A model generated the notes under the pieces. The model was not told the origin of the DNA and did not search any database. It saw nothing but the letters and a program-made list of their open reading frames with translations. The position numbers and the translations under genes are program-made. From Neoconidiobolus thromboides FSU 785 (lineage: Eukaryota; Fungi; Entomophthoromycota), in contig MU626453.1 in the NCBI GenBank assembly GCA_025603075.1, positions 1-36,367 of the forward strand: a stretch of DNA of 36,367 nt, read 5' to 3'. Below, one piece after another: positions 12,527-24,255 of this stretch. Within the stretch, counting starts at the first letter, position 1, and each line of letters starts with the position of its first letter.

Positions 12527-12953
12527 ATGTGTGTAACTAGAGACTTATTACTGGGTTACTAGATAGATGTTTTTTTAATAATAGCATAAATTTTCAAAAG
12601 TTAAAATAAATAAAATAGAACTATTTTGAAACTTTAAAAAACATATGGTTTAAATAAATTGTTTAAATTTGTATTTATTTACACCAATTTTAGCTAAATA
12701 TATTCCCAGATATGTTAAAATTAGATACGATTAGTAGAGATGGCAATGTAAGTAAGTTTAGTGATAAATATAGTTTACTCCATTCTACTATTTTCACAGT
12801 AAAAAAGTTTGTCCAAATCCTCTTTTTTATTTGCAACTTTTATAAACTACAATCACTGCAAAATTACTGGATAAACCTACTAGGGTGTTAATTCAAGAAC
12901 AACGATTTTATATAAATTAAAATTAATTTAATGATTATATTCAAACAATCTTG

Positions 12954-14711
12954 ATGAGCAAAAAAAGAACAATAGATGTACAAAAATCTTATAGACACTA
13001 TGCGGCTGAAAAACTGGATGAGATTGAACTGAAAATAAGCCATATATTTGAACAGATAAGTGAAAGAACGATAAGTGAAAAAGAATTAATCTTATTGTCA
13101 AATTACATAAAGTGGATTGGGTTTATTACAAAAAAATACCACTGCATATTAGAAAAGAGAGAAAAAATAGTGTATAGGAAAAATGGAAAAGAAAAATATA
13201 AACAAATTGAAAATACGTTCTTTGATGGCGTTAATAAAGGGACAGAAGTTTTTATCAAACTAAATCAACCATTCTTAGAACACCTTTACTTATCTTTTGG
13301 AGCCAATAAAAATTTATTAAACGAGTTAAACCTATCAGTGGTCATTATGTGCGGCCTAAAACCTTCTCAGCTATTTCATTGCTTCGCTAATGTTTACTGT
13401 AGTAAAATGGATCCCAACTCATTATGGTTATCAAGAGAAAACTTACTATATATACTTCGGAGTAAGAAAAACAATCTTTTAAAAGTGATGCTGTTTCAAG
13501 CGCTTATTAAACTAATTAAGTTCGAATCTGAGGAAACTGCTAACTTATTTCGATTTGAGCATATTAATTTTGAGATAGCTTTGAAAGAATGCTTTGATTA
13601 CCCCTGTATTGAAAACATAACTGCAATAGTAATGTACATTAGCGAACTATATTTTTCTAGGCAACTAACGACAGCACATATATACATACAATCCTTAATC
13701 CATATCAAAGATGCTATTATGGAATTGGAATACCGTACCCCATACCTATCAAAAGAAATGCTGGAATGGAAAGAGAGATTATGGGAAATGATTGAATTTT
13801 ATCATCTTTTTTTAGGGAACCCAGAGAAGACTTCGTTACTTGGCAGGGAAATAGAATTCAATCATGTTAAATCAAAAATCATATGTGCTCCTACTTTGCC
13901 CAGGTTATCTAATGAGCAAGTTTTATTAATTTCGTCAAAAGATGCTTTATTAAGCTTTGAATCCAAAGAAGATATATTAAGAAGGGAAATCAATAGTGAG
14001 CATTATTATTATTCATTAGCTACATGGGTTGAAATGGAAACACTAAGGGTAACTAGGAAACAAGTTTTGTGTTTAAAGTCAGGGAATAAAATCAAATATG
14101 ATCTTAAATTTCATGATAACATGGTGAAACTTACTGAATTGATGGAGCAAATAAACATTATTATTAAAAACACACCATCCGAGTATAAAAAATATGCTTT
14201 AATTACGAAAAAACAGGCTTATTATATGCTAAATCATGGTAAGAAAATATCAGATAGATGTTATTCCTTTGGGTCTTACGCCTATAGTATCATTATTGAA
14301 TGCAGGCTACTTATTATGGATCCTTTGTCTTGGAATATTACCCAACCTCATAAGCTTACATCTCTTTATTCCTGGGATATTGCCCTTCTTGCCGCAAATG
14401 AAGTTTGGGATTATTTGGACAGAGCAATAGAAATGAATTTCAAAACAAAAGATGTTGTTTATCCTAGAATGAACAATTGTATATGCTTCCGTGCACTTAT
14501 CAATTTTTCACTTAATGTATTAGCTAATGATGTTCCTTTAGAAACAAAATGGGTGTTCTATAAAAGATTGAACGAGCTCTTGCATTGGTTGAAGTATTGC
14601 ACTACATCCGAGTATGGATTCCCCGATTCTTCAACCTTTTTGAATTTCATTGTAAATAGTATTCCATTATACAATTTTTCAAATCAATTCTCATTTTCAG
14701 ACTATTTATAA
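12954..14711 (+). CDS. Hypothetical intronless protein (~585 aa), weakly resembling a fungal transcription-factor middle homology region; no Zn cluster seen
   Basis: 1.76-kb open frame in very AT-rich DNA; first ATG at 12954. Segment CFDYPCIENITAIVMYISELYF...AHIYIQSLI resembles Fungal_trans helices (weak, by eye). Confidence 0.7.
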   Translation: MSKKRTIDVQKSYRHYAAEKLDEIELKISHIFEQISERTISEKELILLSNYIKWIGFITKKYHCILEKREKIVYRKNGKEKYKQIENTFFDGVNKGTEVFIKLNQPFLEHLYLSFGANKNLLNELNLSVVIMCGLKPSQLFHCFANVYCSKMDPNSLWLSRENLLYILRSKKNNLLKVMLFQALIKLIKFESEETANLFRFEHINFEIALKECFDYPCIENITAIVMYISELYFSRQLTTAHIYIQSLIHIKDAIMELEYRTPYLSKEMLEWKERLWEMIEFYHLFLGNPEKTSLLGREIEFNHVKSKIICAPTLPRLSNEQVLLISSKDALLSFESKEDILRREINSEHYYYSLATWVEMETLRVTRKQVLCLKSGNKIKYDLKFHDNMVKLTELMEQINIIIKNTPSEYKKYALITKKQAYYMLNHGKKISDRCYSFGSYAYSIIIECRLLIMDPLSWNITQPHKLTSLYSWDIALLAANEVWDYLDRAIEMNFKTKDVVYPRMNNCICFRALINFSLNVLANDVPLETKWVFYKRLNELLHWLKYCTTSEYGFPDSSTFLNFIVNSIPLYNFSNQFSFSDYL

Positions 14712-15426
14712 CTTGGTTGTAATTAAAAATTCAATCAATTATCGAAACTGATAGAATATTATTATTATTTAAATCTAAAATTGTACATACCTAAATTCGC
14801 AACCTTCAAAACATCTTTTTGAAATTCGATACAATTAATGCAAAATTGTCTTTGGTATAATTATATCCAACTTTTTCTTGAATATTTCTCATTTTATTAT
14901 AGAGGACTTTAATCAAACTCTTAGCTTATGTGTTGATATATTATACTTTAAATCTAGGTGATAATTTTTATTACCTTAAAGTATAATATTGTTACATTAG
15001 TTATCCAATAACAATACATTTACTCTTTTGAAGTAATGAAACCATCAAGAATGACTATTGTTTGAAATACTGTTTAACTTTTAATACATTGTAAAATACT
15101 GGCATCTTGTGTTCAAGTAGAATCAAAATCATTAAATTAGTTTGAATAAATACAAGTATAACTCTTTTAATATTTAGTCATTCTAAAATCCATCTCCGAA
15201 TACTCTTCAATTCATGGTTTAATAATTATAATCAAAAGGTTTAGTTTATGAATTTTAATTTATTTATCTATAATTGTATTTAAGTGCAATAGTTAACCAA
15301 AAAAACATTATTCTAATTCTAAAATTGGATGAGTTAAACTTCTGGTTAATATAGCAAATACAAGGTTTCAAATAAAAAAGGACTGGATAATGACTGATTA
15401 AGCTAGCTCATCATACTTTTATCCTT

Positions 15427-16679
15427 TTATGCTTTGGGAGAAGGCCTATGAAACAAATATTAATAAAAAACATAATGATTTTATTACTATATTACCTGTA
15501 AACACCAACAACTAAGGCATGATCACGCTCATATGGTTCAAGAGTAAGTTGTTCTTGTGGTTTGATCTTTTCTTGTTGCATTTTTTTAACTTCACTTGCA
15601 AATACTTTAGCAGCATCAACAGTAGAATCAATACAATTAGCCTAAGAATATAAATATAATGATTTTAAACATATTGAACTAAATACCTTAATAGAGATGA
15701 CAATGTGACCTTCGTTCTTTAAGAAATGATGGGCATTAAGAGCAATAATACGAGCTTGATCAGGTTGGGCAACATCAGCAAATACTACATCAACCATACC
15801 GACTAACATACGATATTTATGAGGGTGACGGGCATCTTCAATGATAGGGATAACATTTGTACGTTTTTTGGCGACATTGATAAGATCACGTCCGGAACGG
15901 TGGGAGAATTCAACAGCATATACAACACCTTCTGGACCAACGATATCAGCAACATGGGAAACAGTAGTACCAGAAGAACCACCTAAGTATAAAACTTTCT
16001 TTCCTGGTGCAATGTGGATATTATCGATACCACCTAAAATACCAGCAGCTAATTTTGAACGGAAAGGATTCCATACACGATACTCAGTTTTAGTACCATC
16101 TGCTGCCTAAAATAGTTAGTTTCAAATACATTCTATTATCTAAGCAAACTTACTTCAACTGAAATACGTTTTTCACCATAGGTACTTTCGCCAGGAACAA
16201 GATTTTTAGTAACTAAGAGATCTTCTTTTCCTCTAGCAACAAAAACACCTAATCTTGTTAACATTTTATTACCATACTTACAAATAATAGTTTACCTTCA
16301 TGACGATGGGGCTCTACAATAACTTTAGCCCCGCCTCTAGCTCCAGCACCTCCTCCACGGCCTCCTCTGCCGCCACGGCCTCCTCTATCTCCTCCTCTTC
16401 CACGAGGAGCTCCACGGCCCCCTCCACGGCCTCCACCAAAGCTTCCTCCACGGCCTCCTCCTCTACCTCCACCAAAACCGCCACGGCCTCCTCCTCTGCC
16501 ACCACGGTCTCCACCAAAACCACCACGGCCTCCTCCGCGGCCTCCTCCTCTGCCACCACGGTCTCCACCAAAGCCGCCACGGCCTCCTCCTCTACCTCCT
16601 CCTCCTCTGCCACCACGATCACCTTTTCAAATTAATAATATTCGAATAAAAATAATAAATGAAACATACCGAAACCCAT
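15427..16679 (-). CDS. NOP1: Fibrillarin (rRNA 2'-O-methyltransferase), 338 aa; exons 16679-16670, 16622-16296, 16248-16154, 16106-15687, 15641-15496, 15445-15427
   Basis: N-terminal RGG/GAR domain, then [81 protein letters not shown]. Five introns of 45-50 nt, 1017 nt in frame. Confidence 0.97.
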
Positions 16680-17628
16680 TTTTTAGTAGTATATAATAAA
16701 GGTAAAAAAGTTAAAGAAGAACTTAATGATTAAATCTATATTCAAAGTATTTCAGAAGAGCTTATATGTACTCTTTGCTTTTTTATCAAATAGATTTAAA
16801 GATAACAATATACTTTTTTTAATTTTTTATTTCTAGTTCTTCGATTTTTCATTCGAATTTTATTCATAAGTTTTGACCCAATCCCTGCCAAAGTATTTTG
16901 ATATTGACTAATCAAATTCGACATTAATTTATTCTTTGGACCAGTTGGATATATGGGATTTTATTCCAATTTTTAAATTAGAAAAGTGGTAAATATTATA
17001 AATTTGTATTATTTAATAATGTAAGTGTTTTAACTGTTTTAATTTCACTAATATCCTTGAGCTTTATATAGCAATAATTTAATATTGTTATTAAGAATTT
17101 TAATAAAAATAAAAGGTTATATATAAATGATTGTAAAACAGTTATTTATAGTTTAATCTTTTTTTATAAGGCACTGTAACTTGAGTTATATACTTAATAA
17201 CTCGAACATTACATTTATAAATTATTCAACTTTATTAAAAACTCATTAAATCACACAATAAATTGATACAATCGTTAAGCTAAAATTAAATATACTATTA
17301 AGTAATATAAACAAGCATAATTTCTAAAAAATTAGTAAAGACAGTTTTTCTAAAATATCACGAATATTCCTTTAATTTCACCTTTTTAGAATCCATATAA
17401 TAAAAAGATGTGTTTATTTTTTATCTACAGACTAATGCAAAATATTAAATATTGATATAGCTAAAACTTTGAAAAACTAACATTTAAACAAGTACAAGAT
17501 GTCTACGCTTTATATTGGCAAAGAAAGCAAAAATACTTATGAAATACAAATATAATTTAAAATAACCTATAATTTTCTTTTAAAAAATTTTATCACAATA
17601 ACAATAAAAAGTAATATTGTTAATATTT

Positions 17629-17725
17629 GGGGCTGTATTTTTGTGTTTAAGAATTTTACTAACAATCTTTCTACTCAAATAGCGCTCAAAAAATAGAAAT
17701 CAATGAAATCAAAAAAAACATCCCC
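17629..17725 (+). mobile_element. MITE-like element copy 6
   Basis: Full length; ATTT at 17625-17628 and 17726-17729. Confidence 0.85.
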
Positions 17726-17883
17726 ATTTAATAAAAAGTGTTAAAAAAATTTCTAAGTTTATTTTTAATTTTTTAACTACTAAAAAACTTAATATCCAAA
17801 TGTTTTAATAATAATTTTTGATCAAAAATATGTTAATATTTCAAAGCTTTTTCTGTCATGTATTATTGAAGCTTTTAAAATAT

Positions 17884-17979
17884 GGAACTGTGTTTTTGTG
17901 TTTAAGAATTTTACTAACAAATTTTCCGTTCAAATAGCACTTAAAATGGAGAAAGTAATGAAATCAAAAAAACATCCCC
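17884..17979 (+). mobile_element. MITE-like element copy 7
   Basis: Full length, left TIR slightly diverged; ATAT at 17880-17883 and 17980-17983. Confidence 0.85.
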
Positions 17980-18660
17980 ATATTATACCTGCTTTTATAA
18001 AGTGATGTATACTGGTTTAATTTAATTATATTAGAATTTTTAATTATGTATAACAAATAAATTTTAATGAATAATGTTTTAGTTTAATTTTTATTATAAT
18101 TAATGTATATTTTATTTTTATTTTTATTTTTATTTTTATTTTTTTTTCACTTTTTTATTTTTATTTTTATTTTATATATTAGGATATTTAAATACAAAAT
18201 TCAGATTTTTCAAAAGTTTAAAAAAAGTTGTCCTAAATTATTTTGCTTCAATTTTAATAATTTAATAGTTTTATTATTACTAGTATAAAAATTAAAATTA
18301 GTAAAAAACAGACTATTTTAAACTATATTTTTTAACATTATTATTTTTCATTAAAATCATACTGCTTTGAAAATATTTATAAAAACTTTAAGTATTTTGC
18401 ATTTATATTATTTAAAAAACAGCCTATATTTTAAGTTTTTGAATTATTATTTAATATATAGATATACAAATATAAATATAAATATAAATATATTTTAAAT
18501 TTTAAGTAATTATTAAAATATTATTAAAAATAATAATAGGCAATAATAAGTGTAATAATAAGATAAAAAACTATTTATAAAAACAACAGTTTGGAAATAT
18601 CAGATTAAATGATTAAAACAAAAATTAAGCATATTTGTTAAAAAATTTAAAAAAGCAATT

Positions 18661-18758
18661 GGGGATGTATTCTTGTGTTTAATAATTTTACTAACAAATT
18701 TTCTACTCAAATAGCACTTAAAAGTAGAAAAAATAATGAAGTCAAAAAAAACACTCTC
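18661..18758 (+). mobile_element. MITE-like element copy 8
   Basis: Full length; AATT at 18657-18660 and 18759-18762. Confidence 0.85.
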
Positions 18759-18907
18759 AATTGATAAATAGTTTATTTTTTTATAAAAAAATAGAAACTT
18801 TTTTAAAGCAGTTTATAATAATAAATTTTAGTTAATTTGAAATTAATTACTTGACTATCTATTTAAAAAGATATTAACAATAGTTTAAATAATCCAGTTT
18901 ATTTATC

Positions 18908-18975
18908 ATGTTTTTTGATAATTAATACTTATCTTAATAAAATAAGATTTTTATTTAATGATTATCAAAAAACAT
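18908..18975. repeat. 15-bp perfect inverted repeat with 38-nt spacer
   Basis: ATGTTTTTTGATAAT (18908-18922) and ATTATCAAAAAACAT (18961-18975). Confidence 0.7.
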
Positions 18976-19100
18976 TAACTAATAAGTTTTAACTTAATTT
19001 ATATCAATTGAAATATAAAACTTTATAAGTCAATATTAACATTGGGAAAAATTTGAAACTTTCAATGAAATTCATAAAATTAAAAGTTTTTATTTAATTT

Positions 19101-19190
19101 TAAGCTTTTCAAGTTTAATTAATTATACATTAAGGACTTAAATTTAAAATTTGTATTAATTTTTAATTAAATTCTGAAACCAACTTGGAC
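19101..19190 (+). repeat. Second dispersed repeat, copy B
   Basis: Aligns with ~1799-1890. Ends approximate. Confidence 0.55.
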
Positions 19191-19360
19191 ATTCCCACTT
19201 ATTGTTATTATTTCTAGTTTAGTAATTTTAAAATTTAGATTACAAGAATCAAACGATTTAATATAGTTCTAAGTTATTAGTTTGGATATGGAAATGCAGT
19301 ATATTATAATTTATATATTAACATAGTAGATATTCTGAGTATGATATTTATAAAAATTTT

Positions 19361-19442
19361 ATTTAAGAATTTTGCTAATAGCCTTTTCACTCAAATAGCG
19401 CTTAAAAAATGGAAAAGTGATGAAACCAAAAAAAAGGTTCTT
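19361..19442 (+). mobile_element. MITE-like element copy 9 (5' end eroded)
   Basis: Core ATTTAAGAATTTTGCTAATAGCCTTTTCACTCAAATAGCGCTTAAAAAATGGAAAAGTGATGAAACC; abuts copy 10. Confidence 0.75.
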
Positions 19443-19448
19443 ATATAT

Positions 19449-19545
19449 GAGAGTGTTTTTTTTAGTTTCATCACTTTTCTATCTTTTAAGTGCTGTTTAA
19501 GTGAAAAGATTGTTAGTAAATTCTTAAATCAAAAAGTACATCCCC
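19449..19545 (-). mobile_element. MITE-like element copy 10
   Basis: Reverse-complement full-length copy; ATAT at 19445-19448 and 19546-19549. Confidence 0.85.
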
Positions 19546-21275
19546 ATATACTATCGTATGAGTTTTACCATAAAATTATATAATTTTGAGCAAATATAAC
19601 ACAGTAAGGGCAGATTGGGATAGTCCATAATTGTCACTGTAATTTTTTTGTTTTTAACCAAAAAGTATATTACTGTTTCAACTAATAACGTATTTTTAAA
19701 ACTAAAATTAAATAAATTTATAACAAGATCTATATGAAGGATAACAGTGAGTTTATTTTCGAAAAATAATAGAGAAGGGAGGTTAATTAAAAGGTCATCG
19801 TATATAATTTAGTTATTGCTACAAATCCGAGAGCTAAAAAATATTTGATAATAACCTTATAATATTTAAAAAAAGAATAGAATTTAGTTTTACATTTTAA
19901 AGCATTAAGGTTTCATGGTATCATTTATTAATTTAAAAATAAATTATTCTTACACTGTTTGTTAGACTATTTAAGCTATATTTTCGAAATAAAATTATCA
20001 AAAATCGTTGTAATATCACATAACATTAAACCTAGTATATTTTGTAATGTTATTATTGATTTTGATCTCATTATTGATTTTGTAAAAAGTTCAAAGAGAA
20101 TTGTAAGGTTTATATCCAAAAAAAATTCTAAATGGATTATGCCATATTAATTAAATGGATTCATATATCATTTTAATATAATTAGTTAAGCCATTATTTA
20201 AAGGAACAACCTCCTTGTTTTAAATATAGTAAAGATTATTAATCTAATTAAAACGATGAGCTAAATTTTGTAATTTTTGAAAATAAACTTTGATAAAAGG
20301 TATTTGATTGGTTTATTTGTAAAAAAATCTCTAATTTTTTTGTATGTTGTTCTTTAAACCAAGGCTTTATGAAATAATTTATAAGAATTTGAGTAATAGG
20401 AAACATGATTTTAAAATTGAATCATTATTCTTATCATTAAAGCTTCAATAATTATAAACATCTTTCGTTATATTATTTTATGTAAAAAAATTAGCTTACT
20501 AATCTCTTTTTAACTACGGATACTAACTTCTTTTTTATAGATTAGTACTGGGGTCTTAAGATCGTCAAAATTGAACCTAAAAATACTTCAAGCTAGAAAC
20601 TGAAAATAGATTTAGTTTATTTTTAAGCCTTGTTAAATTTAAGTCATTCAAATAATTCATTCACTTATCGTAAATTTTAAGTTTAATTTATGCAGTTTTT
20701 TATGGGGTTAATTAGTTTTTTATCTTGTAATTATTAAAATAATATTTCCTAAAATATCTTAATTGACGTTTTATTTTCGTAGAAAAATGGCTTTAAGATA
20801 TCCACGGTTATTAATTTTGCAGTTTAGAATTAGAATGTTTCAATTCGACTTTACATCACCAAAAATAATTATAGTAATATTCAGAACTATTTGGCTTAAA
20901 CTTTACATAACTATCTCTAAACTAATTACTAATTACGTATTTATACTCATGGCTTATAAATCAATTCAATCAAAGTTCCTTTAACCAAAGGTGACCTAAA
21001 CTTTAAATGATTTCATTTATAATTAATGGGCATCTTAGTAATTGAGTTAAGTAAATTGCCTAAAATAATAATAAATCAACGTTTATTTTCTATAATTATT
21101 TATAAGTTAAATTAAATTTATAGTAAATTACCTAATGCTTTTTTCTAGATTTCATGAAATCACCTTGCTAAAGCTTTTCAAAGAGGATATAAATAGGAGT
21201 GAAAAATAAGAAAAAATAAATAATCAATTTAATCTTATATCCTACAAAAATATTACTCTAACATCAAAAACCAAT

Positions 21276-21728
21276 ATGCCAACAAACAAGTCATTGGGTT
21301 TAATAGCTGCTTTAGCACTCGCAAGTCATGCTCCGGGATTAAAGAAAAAGGAAGAAAACAAAAGAAGAATAGTTACTTCACCAGAAAGGTGCTCAATGGA
21401 AAGCGAGGAACTATCATCAACACCATCTGAAAGTGTCAAAAGTGCCAATACCTCTTGTGATACTATATCCGATGATGAAGGTCCAATCGATAAATTAGAT
21501 GCTATATTGAATGATCCTATCTTTAATCAAGCAGTTAAACAAGTCAAAAATACATTGAATAACAACTCTCATAACTCAAATCGCAATGCATCAATGTTAT
21601 GCATGAATGATCCTCAAGTCAAACAAGCTATATTACAAGCTCGTTTAGCAATGAGAAATCCAGAGATCCAAGAATTAGCTAGAAAAAATACGCTGGACGC
21701 AAGTACCAGAACATCATTGTACAGATAA
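21276..21728 (+). CDS. Hypothetical 150-aa protein (orphan), intronless
   Basis: GC-enriched ORF with plausible composition in gene-poor DNA; TATAAATA at 21188-21195. No recognisable domain. Confidence 0.7.
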   Translation: MPTNKSLGLIAALALASHAPGLKKKEENKRRIVTSPERCSMESEELSSTPSESVKSANTSCDTISDDEGPIDKLDAILNDPIFNQAVKQVKNTLNNNSHNSNRNASMLCMNDPQVKQAILQARLAMRNPEIQELARKNTLDASTRTSLYR

Positions 21729-23502
21729 TTATTTATAGATTCTTATTACTTGTAAATCTAAGCGTATTTAATCTTTAAAAAGCCATTTTATGAGGTTGTT
21801 TGTAATTAGTTCTAACCATTTCTATTTAAAATAAATTTAATAACTTTTATTCTTTATTTTCGATTTTTTCGATGTACCAATGATCATTATAAAATATATT
21901 ACTTTGACGTTACCCCTTTAGCTTTGGGTTTATAACAGAATTTTTTACATGAAACTGAGTCAATTGATTATATCATCGATTGTAATTAAATTTTATCCTA
22001 AACCACATTACATTTAACCTGGGTTTTTAACTTTAATGTACAATCCTCATTTTATATAAGTTGAATATATTTTAAATGATTCTGAATAAAACTGCCGATT
22101 TATCCGTATTTAATAATGTTTGAAAATTTAACAAGACAATAAAGTACGCACATGACGTTTTCTAATAAATAGAAAATTGACATTTTGTACTTTGAATATA
22201 ATTGTTAAATGTAATACTAGTATATCTCAATATCCTCTTTTATGATATGGGACGTAGTCACACTTTCAAGTCTTACACTCCTTACTAGATTCATAATATG
22301 ATCTAATGCCATATCAAACATCAATTTTAAAATTAGTTTATAAAAGCGAATCTTTATTTCTCAAATCAACTTTGATCATTTTTAGATCATTTAATATTAC
22401 TAAATTTCAAACAAAATATAAAAAACAATTTAGAAGCTTAACTGTTCCCCCTCAACTTTACTATTCTATTTTTAAAAAGCTTGGAATTACCACGCACCTC
22501 AAATGTTTTAGTGTTAAATACTAAACTGCTATTTATTGGAAAAAGATGAAAGTCTCAATACCCTGAAATAAAATTCAATACTTGGTTAGCATGATATTTG
22601 GATGTTGATTTTTGTAATATAAAGCATTCTATTTATAATACTGAATCAAAAGTGACTGAAAAAAGATAGAAGCAATTAGTAAATCTTAGAGTTGTTATTT
22701 AATGTGGTAAATTATTCATCTAGAGTTGTTAGTTCTTTTAATTAAAAATAAAGGACAGAAGGTTTGGAAATAATAATGACTTAATAGCAAACATATGATA
22801 TCGTTAAACTTACAACATAAATTTTAAATTCGCCACTGGCTCTTTGATTGAATAAATTGGTCTAGAAAAAAGCAATTATATTATTAATACATACTGATTT
22901 TCCCGCATTTAATAATATTATTGGTCTTATAAGTTAATGTTTAAATATATCATGATATCAAAAGTTTCCCATACTTACGTTTAAATTTGTAGTTAAATGA
23001 AATCAGAAAGTAAATTGAAATAATCATATTTTAATATATCATTCAAGCTTCTATTTATATTTGAGTCAATAATATTAAACTTTCCGTTGTTTTTTATTAA
23101 CTAGTATTTGTAAATTATTATCGTATTATCAAACCATTATTTGAAAGCATGTACTTTAATATCTTATAAAGTAATATATATTAATAATAGCATTACTTCA
23201 GAGTATATATAGTAAATAGGACAAAACAAAGTTAAAAAAGTAAAATACATTTTATCTTAAAAAACAATTATTCACTTATTTCATTATGCTTAATTATAGT
23301 AAAATAATCCTGTATAATTTATTTAATAAATCAAAAAACTAATTCAGTAATAATATTTTAATAATATTTATATTTTAATTAAAAGTGATTAATGAAATGA
23401 TATATAAACATAGCTTATAAAAATAAGAATAAAAAAAATAAAAATTGAAGTACAAAAGTAAATAAAACAAGTTGTAATAAAACTTAAATTAAGAAACTTT
23501 TA

Positions 23503-24162
23503 GATATCATCGATCTTTACTTTCCAAAACAAGAGAAATATAAAGTTGGTTTTATTATCTATGAGCACTTTACTATGTTGGATTTAGTAGGCCCAGCTGA
23601 AATTATAGGTGATCATCCAGATGTATTTGAGACTGTCACTATTGGTTTAGATGGCGATAGTTTGGTAAACTCATGGCATAATAGTTTGATTTATCATACA
23701 AAACTAAGTATCAAAGAAGCTAAGAAGCAACAGTTTGATCTAATAGTAACACCAGGAGGTGTAGAAGGAACTAATGCAATGATCGATAATAAAGAATTTA
23801 TTCAAGATTTCACTGAATTATATAACAACACCAAAGTAGTATTTACAGTTTGTACTGGTGCTTTAATTTTAGCCAAAACTGGATTATTAAATGGGTTTAA
23901 AGCAACTACTAATAAACAGGTGTTTTTCAAGAAAACTCCAGATTATCTTAAAGTAGATTGGGTCTATCATGCACGTTGAGTTCATCGTAAAAAGTATATT
24001 ACTTCAAGTGGTATTACTGCTGGTATGGATGCTGCACTTTATATTCTTACTTTAGTTAAAGGCAAAAAAGAAGCAGAAGAATTTGCTAATGTGTTGGAAT
24101 ATGTTGCTAATTTTGATCCAGATAAAGACCCTTTTGCTAAAAACTGCAATCAATCAAAATAA
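23503..24162 (+). pseudogene. Second DJ-1/PfpI paralog, probable pseudogene
   Basis: Frame matches gene 213-938 from DIIDLYFPK through MLDLVGP, VCTG and ATTNK. In-frame TGA at 23977-23979 replaces the Trp of RWIH; the frame then continues (KYITSSGITAGMDAA) to TAA 24160-24162. In-frame TAA at 23485-23487 and no ATG or signal peptide upstream of the homologous N-terminus. Confidence 0.8.
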
Positions 24163-24255
24163 AATAGTAAATGAAATATCTATCAAAAAATTAATTAAAA
24201 AGTTAAAATACACTTGAAAAAACTATTTACTTACATAGAATAATTGCATCTTTAT

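Noticed and set aside
16300-16635. ORF-track Ser/Thr/Ala-rich (+) and Glu/Val/Ala-rich (-) ORFs
   Set aside because: They are antisense and off-frame shadows of the fibrillarin GAR exon.
17660-18730. Apparent compensatory base pairs (CTA/TAG) in copies 6 and 8 as evidence of conserved RNA structure
   Set aside because: Copies 3, 10 and 13 carry only one of the two changes; independent CpG decay at both sites explains the pattern more simply.
1182-19583. Small ORFs 1182-1421, 2006-2203 and 19341-19583 with similar peptides (e.g. FSTQIALKRWK)
   Set aside because: They are translations of MITE copies and the tRNA, not a protein family.
18103-22524. Short AT-rich ORFs 18103-18288, 19959-20150, 20763-20984 and 22306-22524
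   Set aside because: Their F/I/L/K-rich composition is expected from AT-rich DNA and no motifs were recognised. 22306-22524 could be a decayed gene, but nothing supports a call.
11175-23979. UGA reassigned to Trp, since TGA replaces conserved Trp in both the tyrosinase and DJ-1 relics
   Set aside because: Intact genes use TGG for Trp, the DH-BAR-SH3 gene ends at TGA right after its SH3 domain, and both relics carry other lesions. TGG-to-TGA is a simple G-to-A transition.
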